Notes: generated by a model from the letters alone, not told the origin. Shown: positions 1 to 9,550, numbered from the stretch's first letter. The stretch is DNA of 64,000 nucleotides from Candidatus Magasanikiibacteriota bacterium (GCA_016193335.1 JACPSK010000001.1:111926-175925), one strand, 5' to 3'. Numbers and translations: made by a program.

Positions 1-1309
1 AAAAACGCTGGCGGGATACCGACCAATCGCGGAGTTTGTACTGCGCAGCTCTTTCTGCCATTCCCTGTTTTACCAAAAAATCTATGATTTCTTCTCTTGC
101 CTCTCCCCATTTCCTCCCCTCAAATTCTTTGGGAGAGGCCAAAACCGCTTCTGGATCATGATGATAGCAATATTCGAGATTGCGCACTTTTTCAGCTTCT
201 GTTTTATCTTCCGGAAACATTACCGGACGAAGTGGAATGTCGTATTTTTTGGCGAATTTAAAATCGCGTTCATCATGAGCGCTTGAGCCTACTACTCCGC
301 TTCCGTAATCAACGATCACAAAAGAAGCAACCCACAAAGGCAGATCGCCGGTTCCATATGGATTGTCCATATACAGCCCGGTGAATATTCCTTCTATTTC
401 CTGTTCTATTTCAAATTTATTGCCTTCTCGTTTTCTCTTTTTTATATTTTCTACAAATGCCATGACCTCTTGTTCGCGTTCTGTTCCTTTCAAAAGTCCT
501 GGCAAGGCCGCGTGTTCAGGGGCGATGACAGCAAAAGTTTGAGCAGTATAGGTTTGCGGCACAGAATCATAAACTTCAAACACCATATCAGTGCCTTTGA
601 CTCTCATCTTAAAGTGCGCCCCTTCGCTTCGTCCTATCCAATCTCGTTGGCGTTTTTTTGTTTCTTCCGGCCAATCTATTCTCTCGAGTCCTTCCAGAAG
701 ACGATCGGCGTATTCAGTAATTTTCAGATACCATTGTTCCATTTGTCTTTGGTTGATCTCAGTGCCGCAACGTTCGCAATGACCTTCCGCAACTTGGTCA
801 TTGGCCAAGACTGTTTTACAGCTATCACACCAGTTCACGTTTTGTTTTTTTCTATATGCCAAACCCCTCTTATACATCAACAAAAAAAACCACTGCGTCC
901 ATTTGTAATAATCCGGATTATGACTGCCCACTTCCCTATCCCAGTCCACGGATACACCCAAGGCTTTGATTTGCGATCGAAAGTTGTCTATCGCTTTTTC
1001 AGTACTCTCGCGCGGATGAACATTTGTTTTTATGGCGTAATTCTCGGCCGGCAAGCCGAAAGAATCCCAGCCAATAACCTGAAGAACTTTTTTGCCCGCC
1101 ATGCGCTGATAACGAGCGTAAATGTCGCAGGCAGTGTACACTTCGGCGTGTCCCACGTGCAGACCGCTCCCGGACGGGTAGGGCAGCTGGGGCAGGATGT
1201 ACATTTTGTTTTCAGGCGAGACGTCCCGAGGAGTCTCGTACAATTTTTGGTCTGCCCAATACTTCTGCCATTTCGGCTCTATGCGCTTATGGTCGTAAGA
1301 TGATTCCAT
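1..1309 (-). CDS. leuS: Leucyl-tRNA synthetase, N-terminal ~435 codons; the gene continues beyond the window start, so the 3' part is missing
   Basis: Absent from the ORF track because there is no stop in the window. Reverse-complement translation from ATG at 1309-1307 reads MESSYDHKRIEPKWQKYWADQKLYET...ILPQLPYPSGSGLHVGHAEVYTACDIYARY (class I HIGH motif), then the LeuRS Zn/editing insertion NWCDSCKTVLANDQVAEGHCERCG, and ends KLRDWSVSRQRF at position 1. The plus-strand ORF 470..1303 is its antisense frame. Confidence 0.9.
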   Translation of the reverse strand, partial: MESSYDHKRIEPKWQKYWADQKLYETPRDVSPENKMYILPQLPYPSGSGLHVGHAEVYTACDIYARYQRMAGKKVLQVIGWDSFGLPAENYAIKTNVHPRESTEKAIDNFRSQIKALGVSVDWDREVGSHNPDYYKWTQWFFLLMYKRGLAYRKKQNVNWCDSCKTVLANDQVAEGHCERCGTEINQRQMEQWYLKITEYADRLLEGLERIDWPEETKKRQRDWIGRSEGAHFKMRVKGTDMVFEVYDSVPQTYTAQTFAVIAPEHAALPGLLKGTEREQEVMAFVENIKKRKREGNKFEIEQEIEGIFTGLYMDNPYGTGDLPLWVASFVIVDYGSGVVGSSAHDERDFKFAKKYDIPLRPVMFPEDKTEAEKVRNLEYCYHHDPEAVLASPKEFEGRKWGEAREEIIDFLVKQGMAERAAQYKLRDWSVSRQRF

Positions 1310-1474
1310 ATATAAAGCTTCAACTAAGTGATTAACCCCCGTAAAACAATATCAATTCCAATCTTGAAAATCAAGTTTTGATTGACCATATCTGCGTTCA
1401 TGAGAGTTGCGTCCCAGAACTCGACCTGATACCATATCACAGGTAATCTATCCATTTATAATCTATACATAAAT

Positions 1475-2110
1475 ATGTCCGAACTCTACGAAGGACACAA
1501 CCTGACAACCCGAAAGGACACGGCAAAAAATGAGGGGTCTGACACAACCTCAAAAAACGCGCTTATCACGCGTCTTTTCGAACAAGCAAAACATAATGAT
1601 GAAAGTGCATGGAGGTTATTGCTGGAAAGCATGAAGGCGGAACTCATGCAAAGAGCCCTTATTTTCACAAAAGGTGATGAGAGTATGGCCGAGGATCTGC
1701 TTCAAAACGTATTCACAAAATTGTGGGAAAAAATAGAGGATATCGAAGTGGACAACCCCAGGGCCTATATCCATAGAATGCTGACGAATAAAGCGATCAG
1801 CGGAAAAAGAAAAAGAACAGACGTTCATCTTGCGGACGTTTTTCATGATGCCGAAGGTGAAGAAATTCCGGTGCCGGACACCGAAGGCCGTAATCCGGAG
1901 CAACTGCTGCTCGACAAGATGTCAGCCGAGCAGCTCGGAGCCGTGCTTGATTCGCTGAATCCGGACATGAAGCAAATATGTATTTTGCACTTTCTTGAGG
2001 GCAAAAAAATCAGAGAGGTAGCAGAGCAGTTGAAAATACCCGAAAACACGGTAAAAACAAAAATTTTCCGGGCGAGAAAAATAATTGCCGAAGCAATGGA
2101 ACGCAATTAA
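1475..2110 (+). CDS. RNA polymerase sigma-70 family factor, ECF-like (region 2 plus region 4 HTH)
   Basis: 211 aa. LLQNVFTKLWEKIEDIEVDNPRAYIHRMLTNKAIS resembles sigma region 2; C-terminal ICILHFLEGKKIREVAEQLKIPENTVKTKIFRARKIIAEAM is a region-4 HTH. TATAAT lies 12-17 nt upstream of the ATG. Confidence 0.7.
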   Translation: MSELYEGHNLTTRKDTAKNEGSDTTSKNALITRLFEQAKHNDESAWRLLLESMKAELMQRALIFTKGDESMAEDLLQNVFTKLWEKIEDIEVDNPRAYIHRMLTNKAISGKRKRTDVHLADVFHDAEGEEIPVPDTEGRNPEQLLLDKMSAEQLGAVLDSLNPDMKQICILHFLEGKKIREVAEQLKIPENTVKTKIFRARKIIAEAMERN

Positions 2111-2180
2111 ACAGGACGGACATTTTGTTGGCGTAATCCGCCGAAGTCCCAATTATTATCGGGACGAAGATGGATTAGGT

Positions 2181-2936
2181 TTATCCACGCATCAGTTCCA
2201 TAATGCGCTCATGAATTTTTGGATTGGCAATAACGATGTCCTGCCTCCCGCGCCGCCATTCATTCCCATCGCTGTCCGTAACTCTGGCGCCGGCTTCACG
2301 ACAGATGAGAACCGGAGCGAGAAAATCATGATCCAAACCGGCGTTTTGCAAAAAGAAATCCAATCCCCCACTCGCCACATAACACATGGGTAGCACGGTT
2401 CCATGGCTCTGTAGCCAGGTTTTGGTTTCGCGCAAGAGTCTTACTCCCAGTTCGATATAACGCTCGGCATGGGTTCCGTATACTACATCGTTTTCATAAT
2501 GCCGAGAAAAAGATCCCACACTGTGTACCAGATTCGGCTTGGCGTTTATCTTAATTGGCATTCCATTCATACTGGCTCCTTTGCCTTGTTCCGCGAAAAA
2601 AAATTCTTTGACTATGCTATTGTACACGCCGGCGTATAAAGTCTCTCCTTTGTATTCCACCGCGATGATATGGCACCAAAGCGGAATGCCATTGGCAAAA
2701 TTTCGAGTGCCGTCAATGGGATCTATCACCCACTCATAGTCTGCTCCCGGGTTGATGGGCGTCTCTCTTTCTTCGCTCGAAATCTGATGCTCCGGATATT
2801 CTCTGTGTATGGCATTCACCAAAAAATCGCTCACCGCGAGATCAGCCTCGGTCAAAAGATCGTATAAATTTGATTTTGTCTCAAAACTAACCCCTTTATC
2901 AAAATAGGTTTTTGAGAGAGACCCTGCTTCTTCCAT
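2181..2936 (-). CDS. Inositol monophosphatase family protein (IMPase/SuhB-like)
   Basis: Internal start MEEAGSLSKTYF of the 435-aa track ORF. Motifs DLLTEADLAVSDF, WVIDPIDGTRNF and a C-terminal HDFLAPVLICREAGARVTD (WD-x-AAG-like). The upstream 184 codons of the track ORF are R/P/G-rich and look non-coding. Confidence 0.75.
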   Translation of the reverse strand: MEEAGSLSKTYFDKGVSFETKSNLYDLLTEADLAVSDFLVNAIHREYPEHQISSEERETPINPGADYEWVIDPIDGTRNFANGIPLWCHIIAVEYKGETLYAGVYNSIVKEFFFAEQGKGASMNGMPIKINAKPNLVHSVGSFSRHYENDVVYGTHAERYIELGVRLLRETKTWLQSHGTVLPMCYVASGGLDFFLQNAGLDHDFLAPVLICREAGARVTDSDGNEWRRGRQDIVIANPKIHERIMELMRG

Positions 2937-3058
2937 GATTGATCTCAAAAAATCACGCACAAAAAAAAATGTTATATTGCCTGTATACTGTACAAAAAAT
3001 GCCCCAAAAATGCAATGATGTTTGTTTGCTAAAGATGAGCCGAGAGATAATCCCCTAG

Positions 3059-3086
3059 TTGACAAAAATTCCAAAAGCGATATACT
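3059..3086 (+). promoter_or_regulatory. Sigma-70 promoter TTGACA-16-TATACT
   Basis: agTTGACAaaaattccaaaagcgaTATACTc, 90 nt upstream of the small membrane-protein ATG. Confidence 0.5.
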
Positions 3087-3176
3087 CTCTTGTTCCATGT
3101 TGTAAATCGGATTTCTGTGTGTGTCTTTAGGGGCTTCCACAAAAATTCGATTTACAAACACGGAGAAAGGGAGAAC

Positions 3177-3467
3177 ATGGCAGGACCTGCGAAAAAAAAA
3201 GTAGAGGGGATGACCGGCCCTGAGTTCATCGGTTTTCTCATGACCTTGCCGGGCATGTATTATGCCTGGCGGACGGGATGGAGATTCGCCGAAGACAGAT
3301 GGCCCCTTCCCCGGCTCATGGATTGGGTCAACGATGATGCGTTGAGCCTCTCCTGGACCTGGGTTTCGCACTTTTTGTGCGCTTTTGTCTTGACGCTCGC
3401 GGCGATGTATACCATCGTCGGCATCATCAAGATGCTCTCGAAACTTTCGAGCAAAGCTTCGAGCTGA
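3177..3467 (+). CDS. Small two-TM membrane protein, hypothetical
   Basis: ATG at 3177 preceded by a strong SD GGAGAAAGGGAG and a TTGACA-16-TATACT promoter at 3059-3086. Product MAGPAKKKVEGMTGPEFIGFLMTLPGMYYAW...VLTLAAMYTIVGIIKML has two hydrophobic helices. It competes with the non-coding-looking 5' extension of the minus-strand 435-aa ORF. Confidence 0.4.
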   Translation: MAGPAKKKVEGMTGPEFIGFLMTLPGMYYAWRTGWRFAEDRWPLPRLMDWVNDDALSLSWTWVSHFLCAFVLTLAAMYTIVGIIKMLSKLSSKASS

Positions 3468-3484
3468 AAAACCCGGACCTGCCC

Positions 3485-3538
3485 GCATTCCTTATATTCA
3501 ATACTCACCACAGTAGGAATATAAGGAATGCGTTTTCT
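3485..3538 (+). terminator. Rho-independent terminator (14-bp perfect stem) between convergent genes
   Basis: GCATTCCTTATATT-(19-nt loop)-AATATAAGGAATGC followed by GTTTTCT. Abuts the gdhA stop codon. Confidence 0.6.
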
Positions 3539-4763
3539 AATATGTCATCGCTCCGGCTATGCGCTCCACTGCTTTTACAAAAGCGGCAGTTCTCATGTCT
3601 ATACCATATTTTTCTTTGGTCTCCCACACTTCGGCGAAGGAACGATTCATGATTGTCTCGAGTTTCGCAAGAACTTCTGCTTCGCTCCAGTGTTCGTTTC
3701 TTACGTTTTGCTGCCATTCAAAACAGCTTACGGTTACGCCACCCGCGTTCGCCAAAACATCCGGCACGGCCACGATCCCTTTTTCTTTGAGAATTATATC
3801 AGCTTCAGGAGTGGTAGGACCGTTTGCCAATTCCACCAAGGCTTTCGCCCCTACTTTTGAAGCGTTTTTTTCGGTGATAACATTCTCCAACGCCGCAGGT
3901 ACCAGTATATCCACATCCAATTCCAAAATTTCTTCATTGTTTATAGGCTCTGTGCCGGCCGCGCCAGAGACCTTGCCCGTATCATGCTTATGCGCAAGGA
4001 GCGCGGGCACATCCAATCCTTCCATATTTTTGACTCCGCCGCTTGAATCGCTCACTGCCACTATTTTGTAGCCGTCTTTGGCCAAAATATCGGCCATAAA
4101 ACTGCCGGCATTCCCAAAACCCTGCACAGCGACTCTGGTCTGCGCCGGATTCCAATTCATTTTTTTAACAAGTTCTCTCACACAGTACACGCCGCCCTGC
4201 GCAGTGGAAAATCCTCTGCCCTCAGAACCGCCCTCTTCTAAGGGTTTTCCGGTGATCACTCCGGGGTCGGCATGGCCGAGCAATGTCTCGTATTCATCAC
4301 GCATCCAAGCCATAATTTGAGGAGTGGTATACACATCCGGCGCGGGGATATCTTTGTCTGAGCCGATATCTCTCCATATTCTTCTTATGTAAGAACGGGA
4401 GAGACGCTCCAATTCTCCTTCAGAGAGTTCTTTCGGATTCACAATGATCCCGCCCTTTGCCCCGCCGAGCGGAATATCCACCACCGCGCACTTGATAGCC
4501 ATCCAAAAAGATAAAGCTTTTACTTCATCGAGAGAGACGTTAGGGTGGTATCTGATGCCGCCTTTGTAAGGACCCCGAGCGCTTGAATATTGGCTTCTAT
4601 ACCCGGTAAAAACCTTCACTCCCCCCTTGTCCATAGTTACCGGGACAGAAACAGTTAAAATTCTCTCAGGTTGCTTGAGCATTTCATGTATATTGGTATC
4701 AAGATGTATAATGTCGGCCGCGAGCGCTAACTGCTGCATGGCATTGTCAAAAGGACTCTGCAT
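3537..4763 (-). CDS. gdhA: NAD(P)-dependent glutamate dehydrogenase (Glu/Leu/Phe/Val dehydrogenase family)
   Basis: 408 aa. KGGIRYHP and GGAKGG motifs, QGFGNAGS Rossmann signature, full-length match to the ELFV dehydrogenase architecture. Confidence 0.9.
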   Translation of the reverse strand: MQSPFDNAMQQLALAADIIHLDTNIHEMLKQPERILTVSVPVTMDKGGVKVFTGYRSQYSSARGPYKGGIRYHPNVSLDEVKALSFWMAIKCAVVDIPLGGAKGGIIVNPKELSEGELERLSRSYIRRIWRDIGSDKDIPAPDVYTTPQIMAWMRDEYETLLGHADPGVITGKPLEEGGSEGRGFSTAQGGVYCVRELVKKMNWNPAQTRVAVQGFGNAGSFMADILAKDGYKIVAVSDSSGGVKNMEGLDVPALLAHKHDTGKVSGAAGTEPINNEEILELDVDILVPAALENVITEKNASKVGAKALVELANGPTTPEADIILKEKGIVAVPDVLANAGGVTVSCFEWQQNVRNEHWSEAEVLAKLETIMNRSFAEVWETKEKYGIDMRTAAFVKAVERIAGAMTY

Positions 4764-4876
4764 ACAAATGGATAAATGAATTATAGTTCTGAATAAGTGT
4801 ACGAAACTTCTCAGATACGGTCAAGGAAACGGGGATGTGCATAACAAGTATCTTTATACATTCCGCACTTTAATAT

Positions 4877-4905
4877 AAAACTGACCTTTGGCAGGTCAGT
4901 TTTTG
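4877..4905. terminator. Bidirectional hairpin terminator downstream of the DUF4349 gene
   Basis: AAAA-CTGACCT-ttggc-AGGTCAG-TTTTT. Confidence 0.55.
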
Positions 4906-4932
4906 AGCCAGGCTCTAGATAAAATTTCTGCT

Positions 4933-5916
4933 CTATTGTCTTCCTGCCATTTTCTTATATCGAACATAAACCTTTCTTCCCACCCAATACAACAGGGCAA
5001 AAAAACCAAGATACAAAAGCCCGACCGGCAGATACAGAAGCACCCAGATAAGGCCGTCCACATACCATTTTAAGGTATCAAGAAGAGAGCGAGCGGCTTC
5101 TTTTACGGTTCCCCAAGGTTTCCACTGGTCCTCATTATCTATAACAGGCAAGGCCGAAGGATCGGTAGACAAATACATGGTAATGGTGGAAAGGGCGGCA
5201 CTTTGCTGCAAAAATTTCATTCTGCCTTGTATAAGCTCGATCTGAGAGCGAACAGCGCTCAATTCTCTTTGAACAGCCAAAATGTCTTCTATTTTCTCAG
5301 CCTTTTTCATGATTGCCAAAAATTGTTCCTCTGTAGCTCTCAAATTTTTGAGCTGAGAAGACAAATCAACAAATTCCTCAGTTACATCCTGCCCATTAAG
5401 TGTTTGACTTTTAACTTCACCGAATCCCTTCATATCTCTGAGCCCGCTGTCAAAAAAATCCGCCGGAATTCTTACTGAAACCGAACCGGACAAGCCCGGG
5501 CCTGTTTCATACAGCTCGCTAGAAATAACAAAGCCACCCTTAGCCTCGGCATACGAACTTATCACCGCTACTGCCTGGGCGACATCCTGAACCACCATGG
5601 TAAGCGTGGCGGTTTTTATGACCAAGCGATCTGTGCCATCGTCTGTAGAACCAAAAGTTTTTTGTTTTGACTCTGATGGCGCCATGGCCCTGTTGTCTTC
5701 TGCGCTTGGCACATCATTGGCGTACTTAAAAACTCCGGTTTGTTTTATCTCATCTGCATAGCCCCCGCTCAAACCAAGGGAATACTGTTCACTGGCACCC
5801 AAATAAGAATCTTTGGATCTGCCAAGCAGAAAAGCGAATAGGCCCGCAAGCAACAAACAAATAATCAATACAAGTCCCCCTATCTTCCAAGCGAGTTTTT
5901 TGTTTTCAGGATTCAT
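4933..5916 (-). CDS. DUF4349-like membrane protein (N- and C-terminal TM helices flanking a coiled-coil)
   Basis: 327 aa. N-terminal TM LVLIICLLLAGLFAFLL, central coiled-coil KNLRATEEQFLAIMKKAEKIEDILAVQRELSAVRSQIELIQGRMKFL, C-terminal TM LIWVLLYLPVGLLYLGFFALLYWV. Family assignment is from overall architecture only. Confidence 0.5.
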   Translation of the reverse strand: MNPENKKLAWKIGGLVLIICLLLAGLFAFLLGRSKDSYLGASEQYSLGLSGGYADEIKQTGVFKYANDVPSAEDNRAMAPSESKQKTFGSTDDGTDRLVIKTATLTMVVQDVAQAVAVISSYAEAKGGFVISSELYETGPGLSGSVSVRIPADFFDSGLRDMKGFGEVKSQTLNGQDVTEEFVDLSSQLKNLRATEEQFLAIMKKAEKIEDILAVQRELSAVRSQIELIQGRMKFLQQSAALSTITMYLSTDPSALPVIDNEDQWKPWGTVKEAARSLLDTLKWYVDGLIWVLLYLPVGLLYLGFFALLYWVGRKVYVRYKKMAGRQ

Positions 5917-5927
5917 ACTAGACGGTA

Positions 5928-6079
5928 ATTTAAATTTTTACTTTTTAAACAATTTGTGATAGCACAATTTCTAATGATGTAAACAAAATACGGCTATATC
6001 AAACACACCTCGCAAACTCAATCATTAGAAATGATACATTGGAAATTGTTTAAAAATTATAAATTAAAAACTAAAAATT
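5928..6079 (+). repeat. MITE-like AT-rich intergenic repeat element, copy A
   Basis: Terminal inverted repeats tttttaaacaattt (5943-5956) / aaattgtttaaaaa (6043-6056) flank a ~85-bp core. Left leader aatttaaattttta and right tail ttataaattaaaaactaaaaatt are shared with copy B. Confidence 0.6.
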
Positions 6080-6159
6080 CTTTATTACCATGAGTATACT
6101 CAATCCACAAAAAAAAGCCAGCCCAACGCGGGCAGGCCTGAAAACAGCAAAAATATCCT

Positions 6160-6486
6160 TTAGCTCAGATGTCTTTCAAAAAATTCTTTCAGTTTTTCTT
6201 TTGGAACGCCGCCGATGAGTTTGTCAGCCACTGCGCCATTTTTGAAAACAATAAAAGTCGGAATACTAAGCACCTGATAAGTGCCCGCGATACCGGGATT
6301 ATCGTCCACATTCAATTTGGCCACTTTTGCCTTTGCCATATCATAAGAAGCCGCCAGTTCTTCCACAATAGGACCCATCATTTGACAAGGTCCGCACCAA
6401 GGAGCCCAAAAATCAACCAAGACTGGTGCCGTTGATTTGAGGACCTCTTGTTCAAAATTCTGTTCGGTGAGAGCGATTTCCGGCAT
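6160..6486 (-). CDS. trxA: Thioredoxin
   Basis: 108 aa with the WCGPC active site; typical Trx length and fold signature. Confidence 0.9.
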   Translation of the reverse strand: MPEIALTEQNFEQEVLKSTAPVLVDFWAPWCGPCQMMGPIVEELAASYDMAKAKVAKLNVDDNPGIAGTYQVLSIPTFIVFKNGAVADKLIGGVPKEKLKEFFERHLS

Positions 6487-6527
6487 ACAATATGTTTAAA
6501 GTATAAATAATATTCGAAATAAAATAC

Positions 6528-7385
6528 CTAAGCGGCTAGAGCATCTTCTCCATTTTCATCATCAGAATTGACGCTTGCGGCTTCTTCTAGGCCCGGTATG
6601 CTAGTTTTTTGTTTTCTGTATTCTTTTAGATCGGTAATCTCAGCTATTTTCTTTGATTTTTGAACATTTTCTTTTGGTCTACCGGCAGGCTCCTTGTCTT
6701 CTGACTCAGTGACCGAATCTTTGGCGTACAAAAAACGTATTTGAGTTATAACCTCTTGTCCTTTGGCGTCAGGATGCCTGTATTTTGCTATAAAACCTTC
6801 TGAACCCAGATAATTCCATGGCTCGATGTCAAATCTTGTAGAAACTGCAGTAGCCGAGTCAGCGGGCGGGTTTTCCAAAAGACCTTTCATTTCATCCGCT
6901 CTCGCCGCGGCTATCACAAATACAGGACCTTTATCAAAATCAACCCTATTGCCCATGCGACGGGTATCCAATCCTTGATCTTCAACAGCTCCTGTTTCGT
7001 TTTGCTTCTCATGAAGCATATAAATCTCAGGACCGAAAGATCTGAAAATGGAAATCAATTTTTTTACGATATCAGAATCAAGTCTGCCTTCCTCAATCTG
7101 ATCTTCTATATCATCCACTGCCGATATGTCCCCTTCTTCTATGGAACCCGCGCTCGCGTGAGCGGTTTCCATATCATGGGATTTTATCTTCAAATCCATA
7201 CCGCTGATAAGGTCCGGTTCAGATACTCTTACCAGATCCACTTGTTGGCCATTCAAAAGCCTGGTCCATAATCTGCCGCTCAGAATATCCCTATTTTCGC
7301 GCACATGAGCGTCAGCAGGTTTCAAAAATTCAGAGGGCTTCTCCATTTCAGTTTTTACGGGTCGTTCAGCCGAGTCCAAAGCCAT
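6528..7385 (-). CDS. Hypothetical acidic protein
   Basis: Start taken at the second Met, MALDSAERPVK (ATG complement 7385-7383). No recognisable motif; C-terminal third is Glu/Asp/Lys-rich. Lies immediately upstream of infB, where nusA is usually found. Confidence 0.45.
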   Translation of the reverse strand: MALDSAERPVKTEMEKPSEFLKPADAHVRENRDILSGRLWTRLLNGQQVDLVRVSEPDLISGMDLKIKSHDMETAHASAGSIEEGDISAVDDIEDQIEEGRLDSDIVKKLISIFRSFGPEIYMLHEKQNETGAVEDQGLDTRRMGNRVDFDKGPVFVIAAARADEMKGLLENPPADSATAVSTRFDIEPWNYLGSEGFIAKYRHPDAKGQEVITQIRFLYAKDSVTESEDKEPAGRPKENVQKSKKIAEITDLKEYRKQKTSIPGLEEAASVNSDDENGEDALAA

Positions 7386-7525
7386 AGTATTCCTTGATAA
7401 TATATATCTCTTGAGAAAACAAATCACTCCCGGAATTCCTCTCTGTAAGAATCAGTTCAACAAGTAATCTGTGGCAAAAGGCAATGCATTACTTGCGCGT
7501 GACGCTGTGAGAAGGTATTAAGTAC

Positions 7526-9550
7526 TCAATCCAGAAACTCAAGCTTCCTGGCTTTTGATTCTTCAGTGTAAGCCTCTAATATGTCATCTTCTTGGATTCG
7601 TTCTTTGGTTTCTATATTCATGCCGCATTCCGTACCTTCTGTTACTTCTTTCACGGCCTGCTGACCGATTTTAATTTCTTTGAGCATTCCTGCACCCATA
7701 AGCACGTCTTGACGCTTGATACGTATAGAAGCTTTTACCAGAGGCTTTCCATTCAAAACTCTGGCGCCCACTATCATGGCATTTTTATCTCTCTTAAAAA
7801 TCGCGAGTACCCGAAGACTGCCAAGCTCAGTGACTATTTTTTCAAATTCCAATAATTTCTGCAATTCTTCTTTTACCCAATCGATAAGATCATAAATGAT
7901 TTTGTAATGCCGAAAACTGATATTTTGGTCTCGTATAAGCATTTCGGCGCTCGCCGTGGGCTGGACGTTGAAACCCACCAAAATCCCCTCACCGGTTTGA
8001 GCTTTTTTTACATCATCTTCGCTTATATTGCCCAGACCTTTGCCTATAATTTTTACTCCCACTTCATCATGTTTTATTTTTGAAAGAGAAGAAAGAATGG
8101 CTTCAAGAGACCCGAGAACATCAGCTTTTACCACCAAATTGATCGTTTTCTTTTTTATTTCATCGTCTCCCTGCATGGCCGCCAAAATGCTGGCGCGCTC
8201 TGCGCCTGTTTGTTGGACACGCTTCTGTTTTAGATTGATCTCAGTGGCAGAGGCCGCCTTGCCGGTGTCCAATATATCTCCCACTTCCGGCGCAACCTTA
8301 AAACCCAAAATCTGGGCAGGCACCGACGGACCGGCCGTTTCCAAATCTACGCCACGGTGATCTTTCATAGCCCGCACTTTTCCATATATTTCCCCATTTA
8401 CCACGAGTTTATCTCCTCGTTTCAAAGTTCCGCTTTGCACCAAAACAGTGGCCACCGCCCCCATACCCTTATCTATATGTGTTTCAATAATCGTACCCAC
8501 GGCCGGCATGTCCGGGTCTGCCACTATGCCGCCTTCGTGCATATCGGCCACCAAAAGCAAAACATCGAGCAGACCGTCTATGTTTGTATTCTGTTTTGCA
8601 GAAATATCCACTACCGGAATTTTCCCGCCCCATTCTTCCGGGACAATATCGTATTTTGTGAGTTCAGAACGCACCTTCTCCGGATCTGCTCCCGGCTTAT
8701 CTATTTTATTGATAGCAACCACAAAAGGCAGTTTCGCGGCTTTTATAATGTCTATGGCTTCTTTGGTCTGAGGCTTGACTCCATCGTCTGCCGCCACAAT
8801 AAGCACGGCTATATCCGCAACCCTCGCGCCTCGGCTTCTCATCATCGTAAAAGCCTCATGTCCTGGCGTGTCTATAAAACTGATAGCGCGCTCTTCTTTT
8901 GTCTTTGGATCTTTCCAAAGCGTTTGATACGCGCCTATATGCTGCGTTATTCCTCCTGCTTCTCCTCCAGCAACATCAGTCTGCCGTATGGTATCAAGAA
9001 GCAGGGTCTTCCCATGATCCACATGGCCCATAATAACAATGACCGGCGGCCTCTTCTGAAGATTTTTGCCAGTGGCAAGAGCCTCTTCCAATGTCTTGTC
9101 TCGGTGATCTTCTTGGGTCTCCTCAGCTGCTCCGTCTTCTTTGATAACGGTAAATCCGAGTTCTTCGGCCATAATCGCGGCTGTGTCAAAATCTATATCC
9201 TGATTCTGATTCGCCAAAATGCCGTTTTTCATGAGCTCCATGATGACCTGAGGAGTGGAAAGCTCCATGCGTTCCGCGAATTCTCTAACCGTAATAAAAG
9301 AAGGCAGACGCACCGAATGTCCGGCTTCTTTTCTAAGTTCACGTTCCTTTTGTTTCCGCTCTTCCAGTTCTTTGCGCTGTTTTTCTTCCATGTCTTTTCT
9401 CATGAAACGCCACTTCTTCATGACCTGTTGAGCCACTTTGTCGTCTATTTTGATGGCCTTTTTTCCAATATCAAAACCATACTCAGGAAGAGCATCAAGT
9501 AAATCTTTGGTGTTCACTCTCAATTTTCGGGCGAGTTCCGTGACATTCAT
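7526..9550 (-). CDS. infB: Translation initiation factor IF-2
   Basis: 674 aa. G-domain GHVDHGKTLLLDTIR, DTPGHEAF, NKID; IF-2 N-terminal and C-terminal beta-barrel domains. Confidence 0.95.
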   Translation of the reverse strand: MNVTELARKLRVNTKDLLDALPEYGFDIGKKAIKIDDKVAQQVMKKWRFMRKDMEEKQRKELEERKQKERELRKEAGHSVRLPSFITVREFAERMELSTPQVIMELMKNGILANQNQDIDFDTAAIMAEELGFTVIKEDGAAEETQEDHRDKTLEEALATGKNLQKRPPVIVIMGHVDHGKTLLLDTIRQTDVAGGEAGGITQHIGAYQTLWKDPKTKEERAISFIDTPGHEAFTMMRSRGARVADIAVLIVAADDGVKPQTKEAIDIIKAAKLPFVVAINKIDKPGADPEKVRSELTKYDIVPEEWGGKIPVVDISAKQNTNIDGLLDVLLLVADMHEGGIVADPDMPAVGTIIETHIDKGMGAVATVLVQSGTLKRGDKLVVNGEIYGKVRAMKDHRGVDLETAGPSVPAQILGFKVAPEVGDILDTGKAASATEINLKQKRVQQTGAERASILAAMQGDDEIKKKTINLVVKADVLGSLEAILSSLSKIKHDEVGVKIIGKGLGNISEDDVKKAQTGEGILVGFNVQPTASAEMLIRDQNISFRHYKIIYDLIDWVKEELQKLLEFEKIVTELGSLRVLAIFKRDKNAMIVGARVLNGKPLVKASIRIKRQDVLMGAGMLKEIKIGQQAVKEVTEGTECGMNIETKERIQEDDILEAYTEESKARKLEFLD

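Noticed and set aside
470-1303. 277-aa plus-strand ORF
   Set aside because: It is the antisense frame of the leuS coding sequence (clear LeuRS HIGH-motif protein on the minus strand). The product has no features and is low-complexity.
2937-3488. N-terminal 184 codons of the 435-aa minus-strand track ORF
   Set aside because: The sequence is Arg/Pro/Gly-rich with no domain. The IMPase homology begins at the internal Met at 2936. The region contains a plus-strand promoter, SD and small membrane ORF instead.
8357-9502. 381-aa plus-strand ORF
   Set aside because: Antisense to infB; Phe/Ser/Cys-rich low-complexity translation.
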